Positions 32,146 through 41,875 of a stretch of DNA of 64,000 nt are shown piece by piece. The DNA is taken from the NCBI GenBank assembly GCA_043818835.1, contig JBDRFK010000010.1, positions 9,507-73,506 of the forward strand. Direction: 5' to 3'. Within the stretch, counting starts at the first letter, position 1. Every line of letters starts with the position of its first letter. Origin of the DNA: a bacterium (GTDB lineage: Bacteria; Patescibacteriota; Minisyncoccia; Portnoybacterales; UBA2143). Below the pieces are notes generated by a model that did no database searches, was not told where the DNA came from, and saw only the letters and a list, made by a program, of their open reading frames with translations. The translations under genes were made by a program, and so were the position numbers.

Positions 32146-33108
32146 TCAGTTCATTCTAAAACGAACTGTCTTATAATTAGGATGTTTCCTATTAGTAATG
32201 TCTGCACAAATAATGTGTGCATGCAGATGATTTACGGTTGCTCCATTAATTCTTATATCGCCAAAGCGTAAACCTATTGCGCCTCCTTGTAATTGATGCT
32301 CTTTTTCAATCCATTGTAGTAATTCAAATAATTCTTGGGCCGCCTCATGAGTAATGTCTGCAAGTTTTTCGGCATGTTTATTGTGGAGTAATAATAGATG
32401 TAATTTAGTGTTCTTATATGGCCATTTATTTGACCTTATATGCCAGTATTTACCTTGTTTGATAATCGGTGTAAGTTGTGATTTCTCGCAGTGTTCAGGA
32501 CAGAATGGGCAAAACTCTTCTTGTTGAATTTTTTCCATTATTTTTTTCTGGTCTTCATGTCGCGTATTATTCAGATTTACGAATGATGAAGATTTTCTTT
32601 CAAACGTTTTGAATTTATAATGATATTCATTATTCTGGTCAGCGAAATGAAAATCAGAGTATATTAGTTGCCAATTATCATCATTAATATCACCAAGCGG
32701 GAAATGTGTATCTCCTTGTTCTTCTGTACTAACTTGGGTGAGATATATTTTGGTAGCGTATGGTAATGCAAGTTTGTAAATCTCTGCTCCGCCAATAATA
32801 AATATTTCTTCATCTTTTGGTGATTTGTCAAAGGCTTTTTCTAATGACGTTGCAACTTCGCATGTATCAGGGACTGTATATTTTGAATTTCTGGTTATAA
32901 CGATAGTGTGGCGATTAGGCAGGGGTTGTCTTATGTGTTGTAGTATTGACTCATATGTTTTTCGTCCAACAATAACTGTGCGATACTTAGTCAGGAGTGC
33001 AAAACGAGCTAAATCTGCTTTAAGTTTCCATGGAATTCTATTATTCGCACCAATTAATCCATTTTTATCCACGGCAACAATAATAGAAATTCTTAGATTG
33101 GAGTGCAT
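32146..33108 (-). CDS. folA: Dihydrofolate reductase fused to a C-terminal HIT-family domain
   Basis: IG..N.IPW, VGRKTYES, PLPNR, IIGGAEIY, GDTHFP; then FCPFC...HLHAHII (HxHxH). Confidence 0.9.
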   Translation of the reverse strand: MHSNLRISIIVAVDKNGLIGANNRIPWKLKADLARFALLTKYRTVIVGRKTYESILQHIRQPLPNRHTIVITRNSKYTVPDTCEVATSLEKAFDKSPKDEEIFIIGGAEIYKLALPYATKIYLTQVSTEEQGDTHFPLGDINDDNWQLIYSDFHFADQNNEYHYKFKTFERKSSSFVNLNNTRHEDQKKIMEKIQQEEFCPFCPEHCEKSQLTPIIKQGKYWHIRSNKWPYKNTKLHLLLLHNKHAEKLADITHEAAQELFELLQWIEKEHQLQGGAIGLRFGDIRINGATVNHLHAHIICADITNRKHPNYKTVRFRMN

Positions 33109-34010
33109 ATTTTTCTCCTTGATAGTTGTGGGTTATAATCAGATACCTCAAAGTGTTTTGGGCGGAAATCAAATATATTTTCGATATCAGGATCTATTGT
33201 AACTGTCGGAAATATCTGCGGTTGTGTTTTTATCATTGTATATACGCTATCTATTTGAGACTCATAAATATGAGCATCAGATATTGTGTAAACAAGTTGT
33301 TTGGGCGTGTATCCTGTTACTTGAGCAATCATAAATGTTAATGCAGCATATTGAATGAAGTTAAAAACAACTCCAACAGGAACATCTGCACTCCGCTGGA
33401 AATGATGAAGCGATAATTCTCTGGTCTTGGTATTAACAAAAACATGGAACCAGCCATGGCAGGGGACGACAATAACTTTTTGTTGTTTGTTTTTTCCTCG
33501 TCCGATATATTGAGGTATCCATGGAGTGACGATATGTGTCCTTAAGTGAGGAAGTTCTTTGATTTGTTCTATAATGTGCGCGATCTGATCAAACGGCCTA
33601 CCTTCGGACGTGGGAAAACTTCGCCATGCTGGACCATATGAGCCGGGTCCTAAATCTCCGGTCTTGAGTCCTCGTTTAGCACACTTTTTTTCAGTGACCC
33701 ATTCTTTCCACCAACCGCATCCAAACTTTTTCATTTCATCTAATGTTCTGGCTCCATTTAGGAAAGCGCATAGTTCTCCGAGGGCCATTTGGAATTGCGA
33801 TAATTTTCCTTCAGGTGCACCAACTAAATCTCTCTCAGTGATGATTGGAAATCCATTTTTTAAATCAAAATGCATTTGATGACCTAAAATCATTAAAGCA
33901 TCCTCGTCTGGTTGAGAATAGACTATTTCATTACTGTTTATAATTTTGCGTAATAATATGCGGTAATGAGAATCTATATTTCTTGTAGCTGCTGATTTAT
34001 ATTTGAACAT
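33093..34010 (-). CDS. thyA: Thymidylate synthase
   Basis: GDLGPGSYG, PCHG catalytic Cys, QRSADVPVG..FN, DAHIY. Confidence 0.93.
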   Translation of the reverse strand: MFKYKSAATRNIDSHYRILLRKIINSNEIVYSQPDEDALMILGHQMHFDLKNGFPIITERDLVGAPEGKLSQFQMALGELCAFLNGARTLDEMKKFGCGWWKEWVTEKKCAKRGLKTGDLGPGSYGPAWRSFPTSEGRPFDQIAHIIEQIKELPHLRTHIVTPWIPQYIGRGKNKQQKVIVVPCHGWFHVFVNTKTRELSLHHFQRSADVPVGVVFNFIQYAALTFMIAQVTGYTPKQLVYTISDAHIYESQIDSVYTMIKTQPQIFPTVTIDPDIENIFDFRPKHFEVSDYNPQLSRRKICTPI

Positions 34011-34147
34011 ATGGCGTTTCTCCTTATAAAAGGTTGATCAAAATTTGTTAATGAGCTTAATGACAACATAGTTAAATAATAGTGTTTTAGTCTATTTTGT
34101 CAACCACGGGCTTTATTTTTTTATCAATTTGGGGTATTATAACTTTA

Positions 34148-35395
34148 ATGAAAAATATACTCAAAACAACTGATGTAGAAATATATAAGGCAATTACTGG
34201 CGAGGAGAATCGACAAAAGCGTGGTGTAGAATTGATTCCTTCGGAAAATTATACCTATCCAGAAGTTTTAGAAGCTAATGGGTCTATTTTAACTAATAAG
34301 TATTCGGAAGGATATCCGGGTAAAAGGTATTATGGAGGACAGGAGTTTGTGGATATTATTGAAAGATTGGCTATAGAAAGAGCAAAACAATTATTTCGAT
34401 GCGAACATGCTAATGTTCAGTCGCTTTCTGGTTCGGCAATGAACCAAGCAGTCTATTTGGCTTTCTTAAAAACGGGCGATACAATAATGGGGATGGATTT
34501 ATCGCATGGCGGACATTTGACTCATGGTGCGTCTGTTTCTCATATGGGAAAAATTTTTAATTTTGTTCGCTATAAAACAGATAAAGATGGCAAGATAGAT
34601 TTTGATAATTTATTAAAAATTGCCAAAGAAACAAAACCAAAAATTATTTTATGTGGTTATACATCTTATCCTCGTGATTATAATTATGCTGAATTCAAAA
34701 AAATCACTGATGAAGTTGGGGCGATTACTGTGGCTGATGTGTCGCATATTGGCGGTTTAATTGCAGGTGGCGTAATGAACAACCCTTTTGATTATGGTTT
34801 TGATATTGTAACCACAACAACACATAAAACTTTGCGTGGACCACGTGCGGGATTGATTTTATGCAAAAAAGAATTTGCTGAGATAATTGATAAATCAGTT
34901 TTTCCTGGTTTGCAGGGTGGGCCACATATGCAGACTATTGCTGCCGCGGCCGTGGCGTTTAAAAAAGCATTAGAACCAGAGTTTAAAAATTACGCTAAGC
35001 AAGTTTTGAAAAATTCTAAAACTTTGGCGCAAGTATTTTTGGATAATGATGTGAAGTTAATCACCGGCGGAACGGATAATCATATGATGGTTATTGATAC
35101 AATTCAAAGTTTTGGAATTGATGGTAAAATTGCCGAGGAAACCTTAGACGAAGTCTCAATAACAGTTAATAAGCAAATTATTCCTGACGATTCTAATCCT
35201 GCGATGCGACCAAGTGGCATTCGTCTTGGGACACCAGCGGCAACAACGCGTGGTATGAGAGAAAAAGAAATGGAAAAACTTGGAGAGTGGATAGTGCAGG
35301 CTTTAAAAAATTATCAAAATGGAGAAATTCTGAACCACATTAAAAAAGAAGTTGAAAAAATGTGTTTAAAATTTAAAGTACCGGGAATAAATTAG
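34148..35395 (+). CDS. glyA: Serine hydroxymethyltransferase
   Basis: ELIPSENY, NKYSEGYPGKRYYGG, GGHLTHG, TTTTHKTLRGPR. Confidence 0.98.
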   Translation: MKNILKTTDVEIYKAITGEENRQKRGVELIPSENYTYPEVLEANGSILTNKYSEGYPGKRYYGGQEFVDIIERLAIERAKQLFRCEHANVQSLSGSAMNQAVYLAFLKTGDTIMGMDLSHGGHLTHGASVSHMGKIFNFVRYKTDKDGKIDFDNLLKIAKETKPKIILCGYTSYPRDYNYAEFKKITDEVGAITVADVSHIGGLIAGGVMNNPFDYGFDIVTTTTHKTLRGPRAGLILCKKEFAEIIDKSVFPGLQGGPHMQTIAAAAVAFKKALEPEFKNYAKQVLKNSKTLAQVFLDNDVKLITGGTDNHMMVIDTIQSFGIDGKIAEETLDEVSITVNKQIIPDDSNPAMRPSGIRLGTPAATTRGMREKEMEKLGEWIVQALKNYQNGEILNHIKKEVEKMCLKFKVPGIN

Positions 35396-35396
35396 C

Positions 35397-35476
35397 GTCA
35401 TTCCGAGCGAAGCGAGGAATCTCATTAAGCTGGTTATTGTACAGTATGAGATTTCTCGCTTACGGATTGAAATGAC
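35397..35476. repeat. GTCATT...AATGAC element (intergenic)
   Basis: GTCATTCCGAGCGAAGCGAGGAATCTCAT...ATGAGATTTCTCGCT...GAAATGAC. Confidence 0.85.
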
Positions 35477-35487
35477 AATAAGCGTTA

Positions 35488-36351
35488 ATGAAAATAATTG
35501 ATGGTAAAAAAATAGCAGATGAAATACTACTTGGCGTAAAAGAAAAAACCAAAGAAAAAAATCTGAAATTGGGTTTGGCTACTATTTTAATAGGCGATGA
35601 TTCTGCCTCGCATCTGTACGTATCATTAAAAGAAAAAGCAGCAAAGGAAATTGGTGTCGGTTTTAAAAAATATATTTTTTCAAATAATGTTGAAGAAAAA
35701 AGAATTATAGATTTAATTATAGAATTAAATATAGATAAGTCGGTAAATGGAATTTTAATTCAAATGCCTTTGCCAAATAATTTAGATGCGGATAAATTAA
35801 TATCTGCGATTGATTTCAAAAAAGATATAGATGGATTATCATCAAATAGCGATTTTGATTCACCATTTATTTTGGCTATTTGGGAAGCGTTGAAAAACAC
35901 AAAAGAAGATTTAAAAAATAAAAAAATATTCGCTTTAGTAAATTCTGGAATTTTTGGAGAAAAGCTCAAAGATTTTTTTAAAACTAAAAAATTGAGTTTG
36001 CGATATAGTGTTATTCCCGCTATACATCAAAGTACAGGACAGGCTTTCGCGAGAATCTGCAGTCTGGATTCCCGCTTTTCCGCCAGAGGGCGGACACGGC
36101 TTGAGAATGACATTACGAGAGAGGATGTCTTAATTACGGCATTGGGCTGTAAAAATTGCATTAAGAGTGATATGATTAAAAAAGGCGTGATTTTGATTGA
36201 CGGTGGTATTTCAAAATTTGATGAAAAAGTTGTCGGTGATGTAGACGCCAATAGCGTTACTCAAAAAGCCGGATGGCTGACACCAGTACCTGGAGGAGTA
36301 GGGCCGATAACTATAGCTATGCTTCTCAAAAACATTACTAAAGATTTATAA
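35488..36351 (+). CDS. folD: Methylene-THF dehydrogenase/cyclohydrolase (divergent, with an in-frame repeat insert)
   Basis: IIDGKKIA, YVSLK, GILIQMPLP, KDIDG, TPVPGGVGPIT. Confidence 0.93.
   Translation: MKIIDGKKIADEILLGVKEKTKEKNLKLGLATILIGDDSASHLYVSLKEKAAKEIGVGFKKYIFSNNVEEKRIIDLIIELNIDKSVNGILIQMPLPNNLDADKLISAIDFKKDIDGLSSNSDFDSPFILAIWEALKNTKEDLKNKKIFALVNSGIFGEKLKDFFKTKKLSLRYSVIPAIHQSTGQAFARICSLDSRFSARGRTRLENDITREDVLITALGCKNCIKSDMIKKGVILIDGGISKFDEKVVGDVDANSVTQKAGWLTPVPGGVGPITIAMLLKNITKDL
36010..36111. repeat. Palindromic element in-frame inside folD (34 codons)
   Basis: GTTATTCCCGC...CTGGATTCCCGCTTT...GAGAATGAC; encodes VIPAIHQSTGQAFARICSLDSRFSARGRTRLEND. Confidence 0.85.
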
Positions 36352-36412
36352 TTAACACTCAAGGTCCGCCTTCAAGGTCGGACCTTGATAAGACCTTGAT
36401 AACATAAAGAGT

Positions 36413-37930
36413 ATGGAATATATACCAACAATAGGATTAGAGATTCATTCAGAATTAAAGACAAAAAGTAAAATGTTTTGTCGGTCTTTGAATAATTCAG
36501 ATGAATCAAAACCAAATACTAATGTTTGTCCTGTTTGTATGGGACATCCAGGGACTTTACCTGTGGCCAATAAGCGAGCAATTAATTTGGTTATTAAGAC
36601 TGGCTTGGCCTTGAATTGTAAGATTAATAAGTTGTCCAAGTTTGATCGCAAAAATTATTTTTATCCAGATTTACCAAAAGGGTATCAAATTTCACAGTAT
36701 GATAAGCCACTGTGTTTTGAGGGATATTTAAATATTATTTCTCCTGTTCTGCGAGATTCTTCGGTCGCTCCACTTCCTCAGAATGACAAATTGAGAAAAA
36801 TACGAATTACTCGCATTCATTTAGAAGAAGATACAGGCAAATTAACTCATCCAAAGGGAGCTGATTATTCATTGGTGGATTATAATCGGGCGGGTGTGCC
36901 ATTGATGGAATTGGTAACTGAACCAGATATTACCTCGGGTAAAGAGGCTCGCGTATTTTGCGAAGAGTTGCAACTTATTTTACGTTATTTAAATGTTTCA
37001 GATGCAAATATGGAAAAGGGACAAATGAGATGTGAAGTTAATATTTCTATGGCGCCTGAAGGAATGCGCGGAACAAAGGTGGAGATTAAAAATTTAAATT
37101 CTTTTAGGGTCGTTGAAAAATCTATTGATTATGAGATTAAAAGGCAGATAGAAATATTAAATGATAGTAAAAAAATTATTCAAGAAACAAGGGGTTGGGA
37201 TGATAATAAACAAATAACTTTTTCACAGAGAATAAAAGAAGGAGCTAAGGATTATCGTTATTTTCCAGATCCTGATTTACCGACTTTAAGCATTAGTCAG
37301 GATGAAATAGATAATCTTAAAAGAGATATTACAGAATTACCACAATCACGACGTGAAAGATTTTTACAAGAATACAAAATACCCGAACAAGATATCAAAG
37401 TTTTGGTATCTAATAAATATTTGGCTAACTTTTTTGAACAGGCTGTTTCAGAATTAAAAACTTGGTTGAAAATAAAGAAGGTTGATATTTTGCCAACTGA
37501 CGGACAATCATTAATCAAGTTAACTGCTAATTACATTTTGACCGAATTGCAAAAATTATTATTAGTTTCAAAAAAAGGAATGGATGATTGTCGTGTTAGT
37601 CCAGAAAATTTTGCTGAGTTTATTACCTTAATAAAACAGGGAGAAATCTCTAGTTCTGCTGCGCAAGCTGTTTTAAAAGAAATGTTTGAAACGGGAGCTG
37701 ACCCATCACATATTATTGAAGAAAAAGGATTAAAACAAGTTAGTGATCAAGGAGCATTAGAAACAATTGTTGATCAAGTTATAAAAGACAATCCAGATTC
37801 TGTTAAAGATTTTAAGTCGGGGAAAGAAAATGCTTTACAGTTTTTAATTGGTAGAACCATGGCTGTTAGTAAGGGACAGGCTAATCCTCAGGTGGTTGGC
37901 GAGATTTTAAGAAAGAAATTGACTGACTAA
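36413..37930 (+). CDS. gatB: Asp/Glu-tRNA amidotransferase subunit B
   Basis: IGLEIH, FDRKNYFYPDLPKGYQISQY, HLEEDTGK, DYRYFPDPDL. Confidence 0.98.
   Translation: MEYIPTIGLEIHSELKTKSKMFCRSLNNSDESKPNTNVCPVCMGHPGTLPVANKRAINLVIKTGLALNCKINKLSKFDRKNYFYPDLPKGYQISQYDKPLCFEGYLNIISPVLRDSSVAPLPQNDKLRKIRITRIHLEEDTGKLTHPKGADYSLVDYNRAGVPLMELVTEPDITSGKEARVFCEELQLILRYLNVSDANMEKGQMRCEVNISMAPEGMRGTKVEIKNLNSFRVVEKSIDYEIKRQIEILNDSKKIIQETRGWDDNKQITFSQRIKEGAKDYRYFPDPDLPTLSISQDEIDNLKRDITELPQSRRERFLQEYKIPEQDIKVLVSNKYLANFFEQAVSELKTWLKIKKVDILPTDGQSLIKLTANYILTELQKLLLVSKKGMDDCRVSPENFAEFITLIKQGEISSSAAQAVLKEMFETGADPSHIIEEKGLKQVSDQGALETIVDQVIKDNPDSVKDFKSGKENALQFLIGRTMAVSKGQANPQVVGEILRKKLTD
36751..36787. repeat. Right arm of palindromic element in-frame inside gatB
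   Basis: GCGAGATTCTTCGGTCGCT...CCTCAGAATGAC; encodes RDSSVAPLPQND. Confidence 0.85.
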
Positions 37931-38794
37931 TTTTTCTGCTTCTTTGTAATCTTTTACCCATTTTATTCTTTTATCTCTTTTGAACCATGTTATTTGCCTT
38001 TTGGCGTATTGACGGGTATGTGATTTAATTTGCTCTATGTTTAACTCCGGAGTTAAACATAGAGTTATTTCCTTATAACCAATACCACTCATAGAAGGCA
38101 GGGTAGATGAATATTTTTTAAGTAAATTTCTTACTTCAGTAATTAAACCATCTTTAATCATTTTATCAACCCTCTTATCAATTCTTTGATCGAGAGTTTT
38201 TTTGTCTATTTTTAATCCAATTTGTAAAACATCAAAAAGTGGTTTACCTGTTCTTTTTTGTTCCGAAAAGGGTTTGCCAGTAGTAAGGCAAACTTCTAAG
38301 GCGCGAATTAGTCGTCGTTTATTATGAATATCAATTTTTTTGATAACGGCTGGGTCTAATTTTCTTAGCATTTTTAATAGTTCTATCAAATCTAACATTT
38401 CTAACTTTTTACGTAATTTGTGATTTGGTTTGACTTCTGGAATTTCTAAATTATCAACAATTGCTTGTATATATAATCCTGTTCCGCCTACAAGAAATGG
38501 TACTTTATTTCTTTGCTGTATATCTTTGATTTTTGAGATGGCCAGTTTCTTATATTGATTTAAGGCAAAATCTTGATTTGGATTTATAATATCAATTAAA
38601 TGATGAGTTATTTTTTGTTGTTCTTGTTTTGTTGGTTTGGCTGTGCCAATATTCATTTCTTTGTAAATTTGTCGTGAATCAGCGGAGACTATTTCACCTT
38701 CACTTTTGGCTGAAAACTGCTTAGCTAACTTTATCGCTAAACTCGTTTTTCCTGATGCGGTTGGACCTAAAATGACAATTAATTTGTTATCCAT
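37907..38794 (-). CDS. miaA: tRNA dimethylallyltransferase
   Basis: GPTASGKT, SADSRQIY, GTAKP, VGGTGLY, TRQYAKRQITWF. Confidence 0.97.
   Translation of the reverse strand: MDNKLIVILGPTASGKTSLAIKLAKQFSAKSEGEIVSADSRQIYKEMNIGTAKPTKQEQQKITHHLIDIINPNQDFALNQYKKLAISKIKDIQQRNKVPFLVGGTGLYIQAIVDNLEIPEVKPNHKLRKKLEMLDLIELLKMLRKLDPAVIKKIDIHNKRRLIRALEVCLTTGKPFSEQKRTGKPLFDVLQIGLKIDKKTLDQRIDKRVDKMIKDGLITEVRNLLKKYSSTLPSMSGIGYKEITLCLTPELNIEQIKSHTRQYAKRQITWFKRDKRIKWVKDYKEAEKLVSQFLS
38033..38064. repeat. Perfect 32-bp palindrome inside miaA
   Basis: CTCTATGTTTAACTCC|GGAGTTAAACATAGAG; 16-bp core also at 18196-18211. Confidence 0.85.
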
Positions 38795-38795
38795 A

Positions 38796-38824
38796 TTGAC
38801 ACAGATTTAGAAATTATACATAAT
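38796..38824 (+). promoter_or_regulatory. Sigma70-type promoter pointing into the miaA-miaB spacer
   Basis: TTGACA-N17-CATAAT. Confidence 0.55.
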
Positions 38825-38971
38825 CTATATTAGACGTTCTGGTTCTTTTTTCATGGGGATGGACTGTGAGGCATAATAAACAATAATCAATCTGCCGAAT
38901 ATTGAAGATATATGGTATGCCTCACAGTTCTCCTTAGATGCATAAAAAATGCGTAAAAAGCCTCTTAAAAA

Positions 38972-40027
38972 TTAGGAGCGCTTTTTAATTTTATTTAATA
39001 TTATGGTTTTTCTTCTCTTTTTTTCGTGTGACGAAATATTATCTTTAAATTTTGATGCGACAGATTCTGGTCGTGGGGAATAACAAGCAGTATATATTTG
39101 AGTAAATTTCATCTCGTCTATTATTTTGATTGTGTTGTTGAATTGACTTTCAGTTTCTCCTGGAAAGCCGACAATAATATCTGTAGAAAATTTAGCTTCA
39201 GGTATTTTTTTAATTATCCTCTTTATCAAATTCTTATATTGATTAACTGTATAGCCTCGATTCATTTCTCTTAGAATTATATTATCGCCCGATTGAAGTG
39301 GTAAATGCAATTCTTTTGATATTTTTTCTTCTTGAGCAATGACATTAATCAGTTCATTAGACATATCTTTCGGGTGAGAAGTTAAGAATTTTATATTAAA
39401 GTTGCCGGGGATTTGACAGATTTTTTGTAGAAGCTCGGGAAAATATGTGTATTCTGATTTTGACTGGATTCTCGCTTTCGCGGGAATGGCAGAATGGGAT
39501 GCGGGAATGGCAGAGGAGAAATTATAACTATTCACATTTTGACCTAATAAAATTATTTCCGTATATTCTCTTTCTATCAAATATTTAACTTCTTCTAAAA
39601 TATCTTTTGTTGGCCTAGAAATTTCTCGATCACGAGTGTAGGGGACGGCGCAGTATGTGCAGAAATTGTTACAACCGTTCATTATCGGTAGATAGGCATG
39701 TTGTTGTGATTTATGTTTTGGTCTAAATTTAAAATCGATTATTGGCCATATTTCATCTACTTGCAATACTAATTGCTTTCTATCTTTATCTAGGAGACAT
39801 CCTGTCAAAATTATTTTCGTGTTTTTATTGATTTCTCTAATTTTTTCAATTTTGCTGTAAACTCGGTTAACAGCAGATTGTCTTACGGAGCACATATTAA
39901 TTATTATCAAATCAGCCTGTTCTGGTGTAGAAACAGGTATATATCCTTGATGTTCCAATTTTGTTGATAGTCTTTCGCTGTCAGATTCGTTCATTTGACA
40001 GCCATAAGTAATTATGTGGTAATGCAT
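38972..40027 (-). CDS. miaB: MiaB-family radical SAM methylthiotransferase (no TRAM domain)
   Basis: TYGCQMNESDSE, CSVR, GCNNFCTYC, GQNVNSY, DIIVGFPGET; adjacent to miaA. Confidence 0.92.
   Translation of the reverse strand: MHYHIITYGCQMNESDSERLSTKLEHQGYIPVSTPEQADLIIINMCSVRQSAVNRVYSKIEKIREINKNTKIILTGCLLDKDRKQLVLQVDEIWPIIDFKFRPKHKSQQHAYLPIMNGCNNFCTYCAVPYTRDREISRPTKDILEEVKYLIEREYTEIILLGQNVNSYNFSSAIPASHSAIPAKARIQSKSEYTYFPELLQKICQIPGNFNIKFLTSHPKDMSNELINVIAQEEKISKELHLPLQSGDNIILREMNRGYTVNQYKNLIKRIIKKIPEAKFSTDIIVGFPGETESQFNNTIKIIDEMKFTQIYTACYSPRPESVASKFKDNISSHEKKRRKTIILNKIKKRS
39464..39511. repeat. Palindromic-element arm(s) in-frame inside miaB
   Basis: CTGGATTCTCGCTTTCGCGGGAATGGC...GCGGGAATGGC; encodes AIPASHSAIPAKARIQ. 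Confidence 0.82.
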
Positions 40028-40091
40028 AATTTAAGACTATCAGAATGGCAACTATTGGGCAATAGGATAAAATATGATATATTATATTTAT

Positions 40092-40847
40092 ATGGAACAA
40101 ATTTATTTATCAGTAATTATACCCGCATATAAAGAAGAAAAAAATATTAGTAGTACGCTTTTGGCTATTGATAAGTATTTATCAAAACAGAAGTATGCTT
40201 ATGAAATCATTGTCGTTAATGATGGTTCTAAAGATAAGACTGCAGCGATAGTGAATAAATTTAAGGATTTGGTTAAAAATCTCAGTTTAATTGATAATCC
40301 TGAGAATCATGGCAAGGGTTATGTTGTTCGACAGGGAATGTTATCAGCAAAAGGTGAATATCGTTTGTTTACTGATGCTGATAATTCTACTTCTATTGAA
40401 CATCTGGATAAGGTTTGGCTACATTTTGAGAAAGGCGCAGATTTGGTTATTGGTACACGAGATAAAAAAGATGCTGCTGGAGCAGGGCAGGCTGTGCCAC
40501 AATCATTTTTAAAAAGGTTGTTAGGCAATATGGGTAATGTTTTGATTCAGGTTTTGGCTGTTTGGGGGATTTGGGATACGCAATGTGGTTTTAAGGCTAT
40601 GACTGCGGAAGCGACAGAAGATATTTTTAGCCGAGCTATAATAGATCGTTGGGGATTTGATATTGAGATGTTGGCATTAGCAAAGAGATTAAAATACAAA
40701 ATAGCAATAATTCCGACTTATTGGGTTAATCGCGCGGAGAGTAGAGTTACCTTAGGGGGTTATTTAAAAACATTTAGTGAATTATTTAAAATAAAATGGA
40801 ATTTGATAAACGGTAAATATCATTTAAACAATAGAAAAGATGCCTAA
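40092..40847 (+). CDS. GT2 glycosyltransferase (polyprenol-phosphate glycosyltransferase-like)
   Basis: LSVIIPAYKE, VVNDGSKD, NHGKG, FTDAD, DTQCGFK, WGFDIE. Confidence 0.93.
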   Translation: MEQIYLSVIIPAYKEEKNISSTLLAIDKYLSKQKYAYEIIVVNDGSKDKTAAIVNKFKDLVKNLSLIDNPENHGKGYVVRQGMLSAKGEYRLFTDADNSTSIEHLDKVWLHFEKGADLVIGTRDKKDAAGAGQAVPQSFLKRLLGNMGNVLIQVLAVWGIWDTQCGFKAMTAEATEDIFSRAIIDRWGFDIEMLALAKRLKYKIAIIPTYWVNRAESRVTLGGYLKTFSELFKIKWNLINGKYHLNNRKDA

Positions 40848-41871
40848 GGTTATTCAAAAAAACAAAATTAAAAAAAGTAAAAAAACGAATGCGTCTTCGG
40901 AACTTAGAATGGACTTAGTGTCCAATGATTGGGTGGTAATTGCTACGGGGCGGGCGCGCCGACCAGAAAGTTTTGCTGAGAACAAGAGAAACATAAACGT
41001 AGTTTCTGTTAAGGATTGTCCTTTTTGCGATCAAGAAGTATTAGATACATCAATCTTTAAAAGTTGTCGATCGGATGGTTCTTGGGTAGCGTTATCAATA
41101 CCGAATAAATATCCAGCATTTACGCAACAAAAAAGTTTGAATGAACGAAAAGAAGGACCAAACAGAATTATGGATGGTCATGGTTTTCATGAGGTGATAA
41201 TAACTTATGATCACGACAAACAGATGGCTCTTTTTTCGCAAGAAGATGTTAAGCGAGTAATTGATGTTTATCAGGCTCGTTATTTATCGTTGATGAATCA
41301 AGAGTTTATTAAATATATTTCAATCTTTCATAATCATGGTCAAGAGGCTGGAGCGTCGGTGGCGCATCCTCATTCGCAGTTAATTGCTATTCCAATTATA
41401 GATCCTGGTTTGCGGGGCAGTATTGATGGAGCTGAATCTTTCTATACAAGTCAGGGAAAGTGTGTTTATTGCGCTATGCTTGAATGGGACAAGAAAGATG
41501 GTCGTAGGATAATTTATGAAAATGAAAAGTTTATTGTAGTTTGTCCTTTTGCGCCGCAGGTGTCGTTTGAAGTGCGAGTGTATCCAAAAAATCATCAATC
41601 GCATTTTGAACAAATTAATGGTAAGGATAAAGGGTTGTTTGCTGATGCCTTGCATACAGCGCTTTACAAGATTTTTCAAGGATTAAAAGATCCGGCTTAT
41701 AATTTCTATATTCACACAGCGCCGTGTGACGGCGCGAATTATGATTTTTATCATTGGCATGTGAATATAATGCCAAAAACTGCTATTTGGGCTGGTTTTG
41801 AATTAGGCACAGGTGTTGAAATATCTACTATAGAACCCGAAAAAGCGGCAGAATTTCTTAGAAAGTTTTAA
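40840..41871 (+). CDS. galT: Galactose-1-phosphate uridylyltransferase family protein
   Basis: WVVIATGRARRP, CPFC, NKYPA, GASVAHPHSQ, AGFELGTG. Confidence 0.9.
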   Translation: MPKVIQKNKIKKSKKTNASSELRMDLVSNDWVVIATGRARRPESFAENKRNINVVSVKDCPFCDQEVLDTSIFKSCRSDGSWVALSIPNKYPAFTQQKSLNERKEGPNRIMDGHGFHEVIITYDHDKQMALFSQEDVKRVIDVYQARYLSLMNQEFIKYISIFHNHGQEAGASVAHPHSQLIAIPIIDPGLRGSIDGAESFYTSQGKCVYCAMLEWDKKDGRRIIYENEKFIVVCPFAPQVSFEVRVYPKNHQSHFEQINGKDKGLFADALHTALYKIFQGLKDPAYNFYIHTAPCDGANYDFYHWHVNIMPKTAIWAGFELGTGVEISTIEPEKAAEFLRKF

Positions 41872-41875
41872 TATT

